Of a stretch of DNA of 64,000 nucleotides, positions 52,431 to 64,000 are shown in pieces. Below the pieces are notes generated by a model. The model made no database searches, was not told the DNA's origin, and was given only the letters and a program-made list of their open reading frames with translations. Position numbers and translations under genes: made by a program. How positions within the stretch are numbered: the first letter of the stretch is position 1; every line of letters begins with the position of its first letter. Origin of the DNA: Geosiphon pyriformis uo1 (taxonomy: Eukaryota > Fungi > Glomeromycota); assembly GCA_016748015.1 (NCBI GenBank), contig JAAOMT010000003.1, positions 686,373-750,372 on the forward strand, given 5' to 3'.

Positions 52431-53203
52431 TTGTTTTTAAAAAAGTTATTAAAAATATAAATATTTTAAATAATAAAATTAATAAAAAAATATTTGTTTA
52501 AATAATAATTTTTTAAAAGTTTTAAATATTTAATATTAAATTAAATACAGATAAAATTGTTAAATAAATAAGTAATACAATTAAAAATAACTATATATTA
52601 ATTGTTTATATATATAAGATATCTTTTTAAGATCAATTTTTTATATTAAATTTAATATAATTAAATCTAAATTAAACTTTTATATTTAATTACATATAAA
52701 AAACATGCAAATTATATTTTTTTAAATATATAGTAGTTATATTATAAGAAATAATAAATAAATTTACACATTAAATAAAAAATAAAAATAATTTTATTTT
52801 TTAAATTTATATATATATATATTAAAAAAATTAGATAAATAATAAAAAATTATATATATATTTATATAAATTTAAGTTATTAAAACATAAAAACATATTA
52901 TATTATATAAAATTAATATAACAATAAAAAAATTTTAATATTATTATTCATATATTTGGGTCTTATTCATTAAATGTTAATAATAATAATAATAATAAAT
53001 TATTTATAAAATAATATAAAAAAAACAATTAATAATTAAATATAACATAGATTAAAAATTATTAAATAATATAATAACAGAAATTTTAATAATAATTCAA
53101 AAAAATATAAGAATTATTAAAAATTCCAATAATTTTATATTTTAAATATTTATATATATATAATAATAATAGTAAAAGCAAAAAAAAAATAATTTTTTAA
53201 ATA

Positions 53204-55119
53204 ATTTTTTTTTATTAATTGCTTAATGAGTACAGTTTAAAAGCTATTTAGTATAATATATCAAACTAAATAATCTAAACTAGGCACTAATCATGCATTT
53301 TCTACACGCAACTAATTACTTGAACTAATTAAAAACACATTACACTAAAGTCTTAGAAGAAAACTTATCCAAAGAAAACATCCTTTGAATAATTTCAAAT
53401 AGTATAACATTATTACTAACCAATCCAATCAGCCACTCAGTCGTTTTAAAGACATTAGTCTTAACAACAGCAGATTCATATTCCCAAAGTGACATTAAAT
53501 TAGAAAACATATCATCATCAAAAGAAGACAAGCTTATATGTGAACCAGACATATTAATGTTTTTATAGTCATATTCAGTTTTCAAAGCAACTATCTTTTG
53601 TTTTAGTTTACCAACAGTCTTGCTAAAAGTACTCATGCACACTAAAATTTTATTAATTCTAAGGCTAAGAGCACTACTTAAAACTAAATTTTTATTAACA
53701 AATTGTTTAAATAATTTGACTATAGAACCAACAGACTTAACAATAAAGTTAACCAAATCAGAAAGCTTGGTCAACTCAAACTTTAAAGAAAACAACCAAA
53801 AAAAAACTACAGAATCATCAGCAAATATATTAGCAGATAAAACCAAACCAACAAAAAGACAAAAAACTACAGAAGACACAAAAGCAGTAGTATTGACATA
53901 AGACTTGTCACCAACAATATAAGAAATAAAAGTTTTAAGAATTCTAGAAGAAAGAAGTAAAGACACCTACAATTTAAAGCCAAATAACCCAAATCTTGGC
54001 ACTAAAAACAGCACCAATTTTGAGGAGTTTTTTTACTAGATATGACATTTTTTTAGTGTATTAGTCTTAAATACAGCAGCATTCAGATCTACCTGAAAAC
54101 TAAATATAATTAGAGCAAACCAGAAACAATGACCAGAATTAAGGAAGTAAAGAATAAAACATGTCTGACCACCAATTTGAGAAATCAAATCACTAATTTC
54201 AAAAGCAGTACAACCAGAAGGAAGATTGATCAATTTGGCTTTAAATTTATTATAAAACAGAATAATCTTATTTTAATTTATTAAGGAAAGAATTCTAATA
54301 CTATCTTTGTCCACCAAGACTGATCAATGATTCAAAGCAGACACAACAAAGTTTAACTTCTCAAAATAAATTACTACATATTGTTAAATGCTAGTAGGCT
54401 TTAGTACAACATGAGTAAACACACCAAAAACACTAAAAGCTGTCTTAATGTCAGCAGTAAACACATCCAAAGACACATTATGCAATATAACAGCAGCAGA
54501 AAGGGAGCCAAACTCAGAAACCACCAAAAACTTAGCAATTCTAAGAGTGGCAAGATGAACAAAGCTTGTAAGCTTGACCAAAAATACAGTATTCAAAGAG
54601 TTTTAAGAAGCAAACTCTACACAAAAGAGCTTTATATTGTCTTTTACAACTGACTTTGTATCCAAAAAACCATGTATAGACTAAAAAAACAGTTTTAATA
54701 TAAGCCAATTTAATCTTAAAAGTAACATCAGATATTAAAGTAAAGGCTATCTATTCAGCAAATCTTTAATGATTAGTAATAGTTTCCCAAGTACTACCAG
54801 CAGCAGCACCAGAAACCAAAGAAAAAGATGATTTAGTTTTCATTTAGTTAACTCAGTTTTCAAGAACAGATGACACCACAGAAGATAATTGTTTTGCTTT
54901 TAAAACCAGTGATAATCTGTTAAAAGACACCACATTTGGCAATACAGTCAGCAGTTGATCTTGGTCCATCTTAAATGATATGTTGAATAATACTATAAAA
55001 ATTTCACCTAAGATCTCATTAAAAACCACAAAAAAGTTTGATGTAATAATAGTAAAAACAAGCAATTGCTCTCACTTTTCTGAACTTTTAGTCTTTTTGA
55101 TTATTTTTTTTAAAGATGT
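53204..55119 (-). mobile_element. ORF1-only non-LTR element copy 2 (5' part displaced by A3)
   Basis: Collinear with 50290-52060. Stop 53340, same 3' UTR motif, A-rich tail ~53204-53213. Confidence 0.75.
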
Positions 55120-56105
55120 TGTTATCAAAGGTTTTTGGTCTCTTCTTAGCTCTTGTATGTTTGTTGTAATGCTGTTAATTTACGATTATGGAAAGTGTTT
55201 GAACCTCCGATAACTGAATTTATCTTCAAATTATCTCCTATAATTTGAACTGCTGGACTTATAAGTGGAATGGCCAATTCTGTGCCAGTTACTTTATATA
55301 GTTACATTGTAGTAAACATCAACCCTTTCCCAGGAATTGCTTGTCTGGAAGCTTACTAAAAATGTGTAGTTACTTTGCTGTAAAAGTCAACTCTTCTACA
55401 GGAATTTTTGTCTGTAGAATACCCAAATAATTTATAATAAGAAAAGAAAAAGAATAAAGGAAATATAAAAGAAAAAGTAAAACTGATAATTTATGGAAGT
55501 CATTTCGGATCTAGGCCTGGAAGTACTTTAACAGTCTACTGAAATTGGTAGCTAATTAATTTCAAACTGTTAGTAGGAATTGGTTAATTTCAAGAGAAAT
55601 AATTTAAGAATTTGGCTTTTCGAATTTATTTGATATTTATTTTGTTTTTGTGTGTAAAAGATGATTCTAATTATTAAATCTCAAGTACGATACATTTTTT
55701 CAAAGAGAGAAGCTCTTCTTTTATACAACTTGTCATAACACTATTCTATGAACTTGAACTTTGCTCTTTTTTATAATTTTACTGAACTAACAATACATTT
55801 TGGCAAACTACAAGTTATTTCTGCAAACTATTAGATATTTCAGTAAACTATCAATTATTTTGGCAAATTTCTACAAATTTCAGCAAACTTTTGAATATTA
55901 CATATTTCGGGATATTGCATGATTGATCATTGCACTTAGGTTACATTTGTGTTATGTACAAATTGGGTTATTAATTAAATGATAATTTCGGACATTTTGA
56001 TAATGTAATAAGTGATAATTTGAAACAATAATATATGCTAATTAATGATAAAATTTATAAGGGTAATTTTATGCTAAACAATATCTCTAATTTTGTTTGG
56101 TAACA
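55120..56105 (-). repeat. 3' LTR of A3
   Basis: TGTTACC...TAACA; homologous to A1/A2 LTRs, highest in the U5 hairpin region. Confidence 0.92.
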
Positions 56106-56793
56106 TAACTTCCTTCTCAAGACTGAGCTCCATCAAAGTCCAAGTACTGTCTGTAATTTCCAGATAATAATCCAAAATTATTGAAGAAATTTGGTCTGAA
56201 AATTGTTGAAATTTCAGTTCTGTGAGCTTTTCAATGTATTGAATCTTCAAAGGCTGTAAAATTGGGTTTTGTAGGACGTTTTCACAGATGTGAAATAGGT
56301 CATAAAGTCTAAGAGCAGCTTTTAGTTTATAACGACTGTTTGTAGGTCCAGCTGTTGTCTTAAATTCATTGTGGAGTTGTTTCCGAATAGCTTCTTTTGT
56401 GAGGTTTGCTGCTGTAAGCTCCCATTTTTGTTCGTGAAGTGTTTTTCCAATGTAGAAATATCTATATATTGGAGTATAGTCATAGTTTTTTTCATTAAGA
56501 CACAGTTGGAGTTTTTGTTAAATAGTAGTATTTGGTGGAATACTAATAGGAGTAAGTATTAAGTTTTCTCTTAAAGCAAGCTTTAAAAGTTCTGGCAGGT
56601 GAATTCCAGAATAACTTCTTGTGTTCTTCTTATATGGGTGATATTTTTGTAAATTTGGGGCTAAATTTGTGACTACTTCTGTTTGGATATAATTAATGTA
56701 GTTTCCAATAACAGTAATAGATAATTCAGGTATTATTTTTAAAGCTAACATTAGTTTTTGGGATAATTGTTGAATGTTTTGAGGAATAGTCAT
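56074..56793 (-). CDS. A3 accessory ORF3 (~239 aa, one internal TAA), unknown function, overlaps PPT and 3' LTR
   Basis: The frame stays open after TAA 56518: QKLQLCLNEKNYDYTPIYRYFYIGKTLHEQKWELTAANLTKEAIRKQLHNEFKTTAGPTNSRYKLKAALRLYDLFHICENVLQNPILQPLKIQYIEKLTELKFQQFSDQISSIILDYYLEITDSTWTLMELSLEKEVMLPNKIRDIV*. The C-terminus is conserved in A1 15931-16065. Confidence 0.75.
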
Positions 56794-56915
56794 TATAAGA
56801 GATTTGACAATAAAAGAAAATTATTTTTGGTGTATGGGTTTTTATGTTATTTTTGTTTTGTTTTTGTGAGATTGTTTCTAAATTATAAGAAGATAACTAT
56901 AATAATAAATTTAAA

Positions 56916-58301
56916 TTAAGTGTTCAAGTTGGGAGATTGTTCAATGACAACTATTGGTTCTAAATTCCAGGGAATATCTTTGGGATTAATTAAAGGGGAA
57001 TGTGTACCAATTTGTGGAATTAATGGTTCAGGATTGTTTCTGGAATTATAGTGTTTTAAACGATTTTCATGTGCAACTTTTGCTAGGATTTTGTCATCAA
57101 GTCTTAACTTGTATGATCCATTGCCTAGGACTTCATAGATAAAGAATGGTCCATCCCATTTATTTTCAAATTTTCCACTCCATTGTTTTTCAGCTTTAGT
57201 TTTGTGTAAAAAAACTTTGTTTCCGATTTTAAATTCATTGGTAACTGGAGGCAATTTGTTGTTCTGCCATTTTTTTTGTTGAGCTTGAGAGTGTTTAATA
57301 TGGGTGGCTGCTATTCGTTGTTTTCCTTCCAATGTGCTAAGCAGAGTGTAGGCTCTTCGTTGTAGTGTTTCTTGGAAATTGTTTTTATTGATTGGTTGTG
57401 CTGGGTATGTTTCCACTGTGAAACTAATTGGTAATATTGCTTTTCTTCCATAAGTTAAATCAAATGGTGTGTGTTTTGTGGTATCTTGTTTTAGTGTTCT
57501 ATATGCTAGTAACACTGATGGAATAAAGAGATCCCATTCTTGCTCAAAATCAGTTGAGATTTTGGCTAATGATTCACACAATGTTTTGTTGAAGCATTCT
57601 ACAAGTCCATTTGTTTGTAGATGGTAGGGCAAAGATAATGGTCTCTTGATATTAAATTGTCCACAAATTTCCTGGATTAAATTGTTCACAAAATGTGTTT
57701 CTTGATCAAATAAAAGTTCTATTGGGCATTTATGTCTACAAATAATGTCTTCGTAGATAAAATTTGCTACTGATTTCGCATTTGCTCGTTGAATGGCTCT
57801 GGCTTCAGGCCATTTGGTGAGATAGTCTACAGCTATTACAATATAATGGTTTCCTTGGTTTGTAATAGGGAGTGGTCCAACTAAATCGATACCAACTTGG
57901 TTAAATGGCTGTCCAACTTTGATTGGGTTTAAAGGTTCTGTAGGGCGAGTTTCTCTTTTTTTTTGACAACTATCACAAGACTTAACATATTCATGAATGT
58001 CTTTTCTCATTTGAGGCCAAAAATAATATGCTAGTGTTCTCTGGGTGGTGCTGTCTTTTTCTAGATGTGCTGATGAAGAGTCTGAGTGCATGTTATATAA
58101 AATGGTTTTTTTTTTATGTTCTTGTATTAATCTTAGTAGATTGTCTGGATTTCTGAAGTTTCAATAATAAATAATGTTTTTGTGTAAGAAGTATTGTTTG
58201 GTTTGTTGTTGTAACTGATGTTTTTTATCTGGGGACCAATCTGTTGGGATTGTTAATGTCTCCAGATATTGTTTAAGATTGTTGTAGTTTTCGGGGTTCA
58301 T
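56916..58301 (-). CDS. A3 integrase (one internal TGA), HHCC-DDE-GPY/F, no chromodomain
   Basis: MNPENY... in frame with ORF 56916-58091. GIDLVGPLP, DYLTKWPEA, QTNGLVE, WDGPFFI. Confidence 0.92.
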
Positions 58302-58347
58302 TGTTTGTTTTTTTGTTGTTAATTCAAATGGGTGTTGTTTTTATGTT

Positions 58348-61300
58348 CTAATCTTGTCTCATTCTTGAGAGACAATCAACATTGGTGTGAAGTTTTCCTG
58401 GTTTGTGATGTACAATGTATTGGTAGTTGGCTAAAAATCCTGTCCATTGGGTTTGTTTGGCATTTAGCTGAGTGTTTTTGTTTTGAAGCCATTTGAGTCC
58501 AATATTATCAGTAATAATATCGAATTCTTTGTGTTTGAGGTAAAGGTTGAAGTGATGTAAGGCCCAGATTACTGCTGCAGTTTCTAATTCTGTTGCAAGG
58601 TAGTTTTTTTCAGCTGGCTTCAATGTTTTGCTAGCATAAGCAATTACTTGCTTATTTCCATTGTCATCTAACTGTGATAAGATGACACCAAAGGCAGTAT
58701 AAGAGGCATCTGTTGCTAACTGGAATCGGTTGCTGAAATCTGAGTAAGCGAGAATTGGAGCTGTGATTAGTTTTTCTTTGAGGATTTCAAATGCATTTTG
58801 GTGTTCAGCAGTCTATTTGTATTCGACATTTTTGGTGGTAAGCTGGTTGAGAGGTTTTGCGATTTCTGAAAATTTTTTGATAAACTTCCAATAGTAGGAG
58901 GCTAACCCTATGAATCCTCTTAATTCTGTAGTGTTTTAAGAAGTTTTGAAGTTTTTGACAGCACTGATTTTTTCAGGATCTGGTTTGATTCCATCTTCAC
59001 TAATGACGTGACTAAGAAAGACCAAGCTTGTTTTTCTAAAGTAGCATTTTTCGATGTTGAGTTTCAGTCCTGCTTTTTGTAATCATTGATATACTTTTTG
59101 CAGATGTTTTAAGTATAATTCAAACGATGGAGAATAAACATCAGTATCGTCAAGATAAACGACTACTGACTTCCAAAGAAGTTTTTTGTACACAATATTC
59201 ATTAATCTCTGAAATGTTGCTGGTGTATTACATAATTTGAAAGGCATTACATTGAATTCGTAGTTTTTTCCTTGGGTTGTAAAAGCTGTTTTGGGACAAT
59301 CTTTGGGATCCATGGCAACTTGCCAGTATTCGCTTTCTAAATCTAGTGTTGAAAAGTATTTGGATTTTCTAAGGGCATCTAACATGTCATTGATTCAGGG
59401 AAGAAGGTAGGCATCTCTTATGGTGACACTGTTGAGTTGTCGATAATCAACACAAAATCGTATTTTTCCATTTTTCTTCTTAACTAGGACTACAGGCAAG
59501 GCCCATGGACTCATTGATGGTTGAATAAGCCCATTGTTAAGCATCTGTTGTACTTCTTCTTAGATAAATTGGTGACTTTCTAGAGCAACTTGGTAGGCTT
59601 GTTGTCATCTTGGTTTGGCATCTCCTGTATAGATTTGGTGTTAAACCAAATTGGTTCTTCCTAAGTCATTGTTGTTTTCAGCAAAGATATTGGCAAATTC
59701 TGCAATTAGCTCTTTAAGCTGGTTTTGTTGTTGTGGTTCAAGTTGTCCCATATTGATTCGAGATAGTTTTTCTATAACAACATGGTAGTTTTCAGAGCTG
59801 GTGTTTGGGTTGATTTTTGGTAGTAAATGTCCAATAATTTCAGAGAAATCGGGGATTGTTTGGGGTAATTCTTGTTGAAAAATATTACTGTGAATAACTC
59901 TAATATCTAAGTTATTTAATAAAACTATGGGAAAATTGTTGGAATTGTAAAAAGTAACTCTGATTTTTTTTGTTCTTTTTGGAATATAAATGTTTGGGAT
60001 CGAGATATTATATTTCAAGCAGATTTGTTCATTGGACTCAAAAATTTGTTGTGTGGTTGGCTTTTCACAAGTATAAATTTCAGAGTGTTCTCCAAAGGGT
60101 GAAATGGTAATTGGTTGTAGAAGTTGTAAAATCTGGTGAGATTTTTTCTGTTTGTTAAAAGCTATGTTTACTGGAACTGTGAATCATCCAATTAAACCAA
60201 AACCTTAGGTTCTTCTTTCATTTTTTCCCAATAGTTCTTTTTGATTGATTAATTGTAAACCCGAAATGTTGATTAAGAATAAATAAATGACTTGGGCAAT
60301 TTTCTTGGCATGTTCAATTTTAAATGGCTTGTCAGTTTCATTTTGGAGTATTACTGTTATGTCACCAGTATATCCAGCATCAATTATTCCTCCTTTGACA
60401 TTGATTTTTTTGCTTGCCAAAGAGAACCGGGAGACAATTTGAACCATTGCTTCTGGCAGGATTTCGAGAGCAATTTTGAGGTTGATTTTTGTGAGAGATC
60501 TGGGTTTGAGAACGAGAGTATCCTTGTCTGAATATCTTAGGTCATATTCAGCATCAATTTCATGTGCTTTTTTGGGTTTTATTCCTTGTCCGTTGTTGTT
60601 GAAGTATTTGAGTTGTAAGACAGGCTGGTTTTTGATGAGATAGATGGGTGTTGCTTCAATTTCTTCTGTTGCTTCAGGTTCTCCAAATTCAATTTTGTTC
60701 TCATCATTTTTACTAGACAGAGGAATGCTAAGAGCATAGCATTCAGGACACCACTGTTCATTACAAGGCATAATGCATTTTTCACATAGCCTAATGTTTA
60801 TTTGCTCCAATCATTGAATTTGAGCTTCTTGGGTTGGGTAGATGTGACTTGCAATTTGGTAGTAGACTTCTACTTTATCTTCGTAATCGAATCCAGCTAA
60901 TTCTATAGTGTATTCAATGTATTCTGCTTCCTTCATTTGATAGACATCTTCTTTGGTAGCTCCATTAATTAATGCCTTTGTTAGGTCGAAAATCATCTCA
61001 GCATTATGGGGGTAGTGATAAAGTTTGTTGAAAGTACTGTTGTATACCATATTAAAGGGTGTTCTTTTTTTTACTTTTTCTGCAATTGATAAAGCATATT
61101 GGCAGGTCTGATTGCAGACTCCTCCTTTCATTGCTACATCAATCCAATTACATTTTTTTGGTAGCATATCTCCACAAGTCAAACAAGAGGTGTTATCCCA
61201 TTTTCTGTTTCTTTTTATTAGATGGCCCCATTGTTTTCTATGGCAAGTCTTGCAGTAATAACAAGTATGATTTTTATATTCTTCTTCAAGTGAAATGCAG

Positions 61301-63945
61301 GCTCCCATTGAGGAGAGTTTCTTGTGGCAGTCCTTGAATGTAAGGGCGTTGTTTTTGTGGTTCTGGTTTTGAATAAGGGACATTCCATCTGGTTGTTACT
61401 AGTTCTTTTGTTTCAAGAGAATCATTTGTTGAAAAGTACTGTTGTTCAGTTTTATCGGTCCAATTGGAGGTTGATCCAAGTGCCATAAATGTTTCAATGA
61501 TGGGCTTTTCTTCTTCCGGTTTGAATTTAAAAGCTGGGGCTTTTTTGGAGCATTTGTTGAATGTACCACAAGTGGCAGGTACTCAGGCATGTTGTTCTTA
61601 GTAAGAGATTGTTAACTTTTGTGTCTCCCAATTCAGATTAGCATTGGCTTTTTGAAGCCAATCATTTCTGATGAAAGCTTAGTACTGGGGTGCGTTCATT
61701 ACAAAAACTTTGACTGGAATGGTGATTCCATCAAGAGTGAATGGAAAATTGTCAATTTCTTCTACTGGAGTCTTTTTCATGCCATCGGCAGTAACAATTA
61801 CTGTTTGAGCTGGTCAGTCGACATTTCTCTTTAACTGTTGCATTAACTGGTAGGTGATGATGCTTCCAGTGGATCCACTGTCTAGGATCAAGCAAATTGC
61901 CTTTCCTTCGACTTCTGTTTCAGTGTACATAGCAGTAATTGCTTTTTGTTTGTTGGCGGCCGCATTGCTAAGCAGGAATAGTGACTCATTTGCTTCAAAC
62001 TCAAAAGAAAATATGTCTGAAAGGTTGGCGTTTTCAGCAATTCTGGCTGGTGGAATTGTGGTAGAAGTATAGGAAGGGTTTTGTTGTTGTGCTGCAGCTC
62101 TACTTTCTGAGAGTGAAGTATGGTAAAAATCCTGTTCTTCAGGTATTGTAAGATAGCTAGGTTGAGTATAATAATGGTTGGGTCTTGGCTGAGCTGGATT
62201 TTGGGGAACTAATTGGTTATTCGAATTGATTCTATTGTTGTTTACTTGGTATTGGTTTTGTGGTGTAAATTGATTTTGCAGAATTAATTTTCGAGTAGGC
62301 ACTTGATAATGTTGTGTGGATGGTTGTTGGTATTGCTGTTGGATTAGCTGTGGGGCAGACTGATAATAGTTACTTTGATATTGGGGTCTTGGTGGATAGT
62401 AAGCTGGTGGTGGTGGTTGATAATAAGATTGCTGTGGTGGAGGGTAACATTGATTACTCCTATTTTGTTGGTCTTGTTGTAGCTTTCTGCAATCACTTTT
62501 CCAGTGGCCAAGAATTCCACAGTAATGACAACTCTGAAACTGGTTATTAGAGGGTAATATGAAGTTGTTTTGATTCTGTCTTTGGGGTGGTTGATATCTT
62601 TGGGGTTGCTATTGTTGTTGGTTGGTGAAATAGTTTTTGACTTTTTTTGTGAGTTGGTCAATTTTTTTTTCAGCTGCTGAGTTGGTTTCTCCAATGGCTA
62701 AGTTCATGAGTTTTGTACGATTGGCTTCTTTCATGGCCATTTCATATCTTTTTGCATGCTGAATGGCAGAGTTTAAATCTTCTGAGGCATGTGAGCGAAC
62801 CTTTTTAATCAGTTTATCTTTTAAACCAGCGATAAATTAATCCAAGATTTGAGCATCGGAATAATAATCATTAGTTTCAAGTTGGCAAATTTGTCTGAGA
62901 AGTTTGTTGAATTTCTCAATATAAGTCATAACAGATTCGGAGAGTTCTTGTTTGATATTGTGAAAACAATTTCGAAGAGTGATTGAAGTGTTGTTATCGG
63001 TGAATTGTTCTAAGAAGGCAGTTTTGAAAGCTGTCTAGTCATTAAAAGGGGTAGTCAAGTTTTCAAACCATTCACCTGCTGTTCCTTTAACATTCTGGCA
63101 GCATTCCATCCATTTGCATCTCCAGCTTTAATAACTTGGTTGAGCCATTCTTGGAGACTGGTTTCAATGTCTTCTTCATTGAATTCAGAGATTTTTGTAA
63201 TGTATGCTGTCATTTCATCTTTTTCATTTTTACTGTCTATTGATTCTTCTTCAGATATTTTAGAGTCGTTTTCTTTGTTTGCTGCTGTCTTAGAGTGTTC
63301 ACTTCAATTTTCAGCTAGAAAGTCAAGAAGATTGGAACTAGTTTGAAGGGGTTCTTGTTGTCTGATGGGACTTTTGGGTGATGTAAAATCTTCTAGTCTT
63401 GCAAATCGATTTAAGGGTGAATTAGGTGTTTGTGCTTGTGTAAGTGAAGCTGGAAAAGATGTGATAGTAAGTGGAAATTTTGAACTGGTTCTTTGTTCAG
63501 GTGTTTGTAAGTGTTTAGCAGTTTTTTTTGGTAGTATTGGGGTATTTGTGATGGTTTTTGAGTATTGCTTCAATTTTTGTTTGCCTTTGTTGCTTGTTTC
63601 TGTCTCTGATTCAAAATCAATGAAGTATTGAGACTGCACTGGATATGTTTCTTCACAGTACTTGATAATGTTAAAATTTAGTTCTTGAAAGTAAGTGACA
63701 AGTGTTTTACTGTTAAGGTCTTCAGTTTTTAACTGTAAATAGTGTACTAAATTATTGTAAAGGTTGCTTCTAACTTCTGAGATATTGTAATTTCCAAAAA
63801 GATAATTGTTGATGCAGTTTTCAATGTATTGGTATACTGATTTCTTGACAACTTCAATTCCGTCTGAAATGTTGAATCTTTGCTTGCAGTGGGTGTAAAT
63901 TGATTGGTAATACTCTAGAGTTGTTGCATCTGGTGTGGTTGCCAC
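58348..63945 (-). pseudogene. A3 Gag-PR-Cys-rich-dUTPase-RT-RNase H polyprotein (disrupted)
   Basis: GTG start, CHYCGILGHWKSDC knuckle, LILDSGS, IIDAGYTGDI, VVYLDD, NYLATELE, TNVDCLSRMRQD*. Confidence 0.92.
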
Positions 63946-63975
63946 TTTGAAGTTGTTTTGCTGTGTTGTTTCTGT

Positions 63976-63987
63976 GAGAGAGCACCA
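63976..63987 (-). promoter_or_regulatory. primer-binding site
   Basis: CA-TT-TGGTGCTC, complementary to a tRNA ending ...GAGCACCA. The same TGGTGCT core appears decayed in A1, A2 and B. tRNA identity not established. Confidence 0.8.
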
Positions 63988-64000
63988 AATGTTACCAGAG

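Larger units (their letters stand above)
55120..64000 (-). mobile_element. Ty3/gypsy family A copy A3 (divergent subfamily; 5' LTR runs off window)
   Basis: 3' LTR 55120-56105, PPT GAGAAGGAAG ~56109-56118, PBS TGGTGCTCTCTC 63976-63987, 5' LTR end CTGGTAACA at 63990-63998. Target ATGT. Confidence 0.95.

Noticed and set aside
52450-53200. Organellar insertion or centromere-like AT-rich DNA (also 27250-27600, 34700-35280)
   Set aside because: No recognisable genes or periodicity; better explained as terminally hypermutated repeats.

Overview
Eukaryotic, AT-rich fungal DNA with short spliceosomal introns. A Glomeromycotina/Mucoromycota affinity is inferred, not proven. Two small gene islands retain CpG: 1-3.8 kb (AIM24-like, pyridoxamine-phosphate-oxidase-like) and 28.7-34.6 kb (lipase pseudogene, FCP1, mitochondrial ribosomal mL41/MRPL27). 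The rest is nested, C>T/G>A-hypermutated retroelements: three copies of Ty3/gypsy family A (8098-17051 +, 39349-49144 +, 55120->64000 -), one family B element (6834-~27250) carrying further insertions, four solo LTRs, two RNase-H LINE relics, and two ORF1-only poly(A)-tailed elements sharing the LINE 3' tail. The most notable signal is the gypsy architecture reconstructed across copies. It has a GUG start in optimal context followed by ~700 nt almost free of AUG, then one Gag-PR-Cys-rich-dUTPase-RT-RNaseH frame. A stop codon follows RNase H at the same position in all four elements, integrase has its own AUG, and a third ~239-aa ORF reads through the PPT into the 3' LTR. The repeats and a Sel1-repeat host gene show RIP-like transition mutagenesis not limited to CpG. 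All alignments were done by eye.
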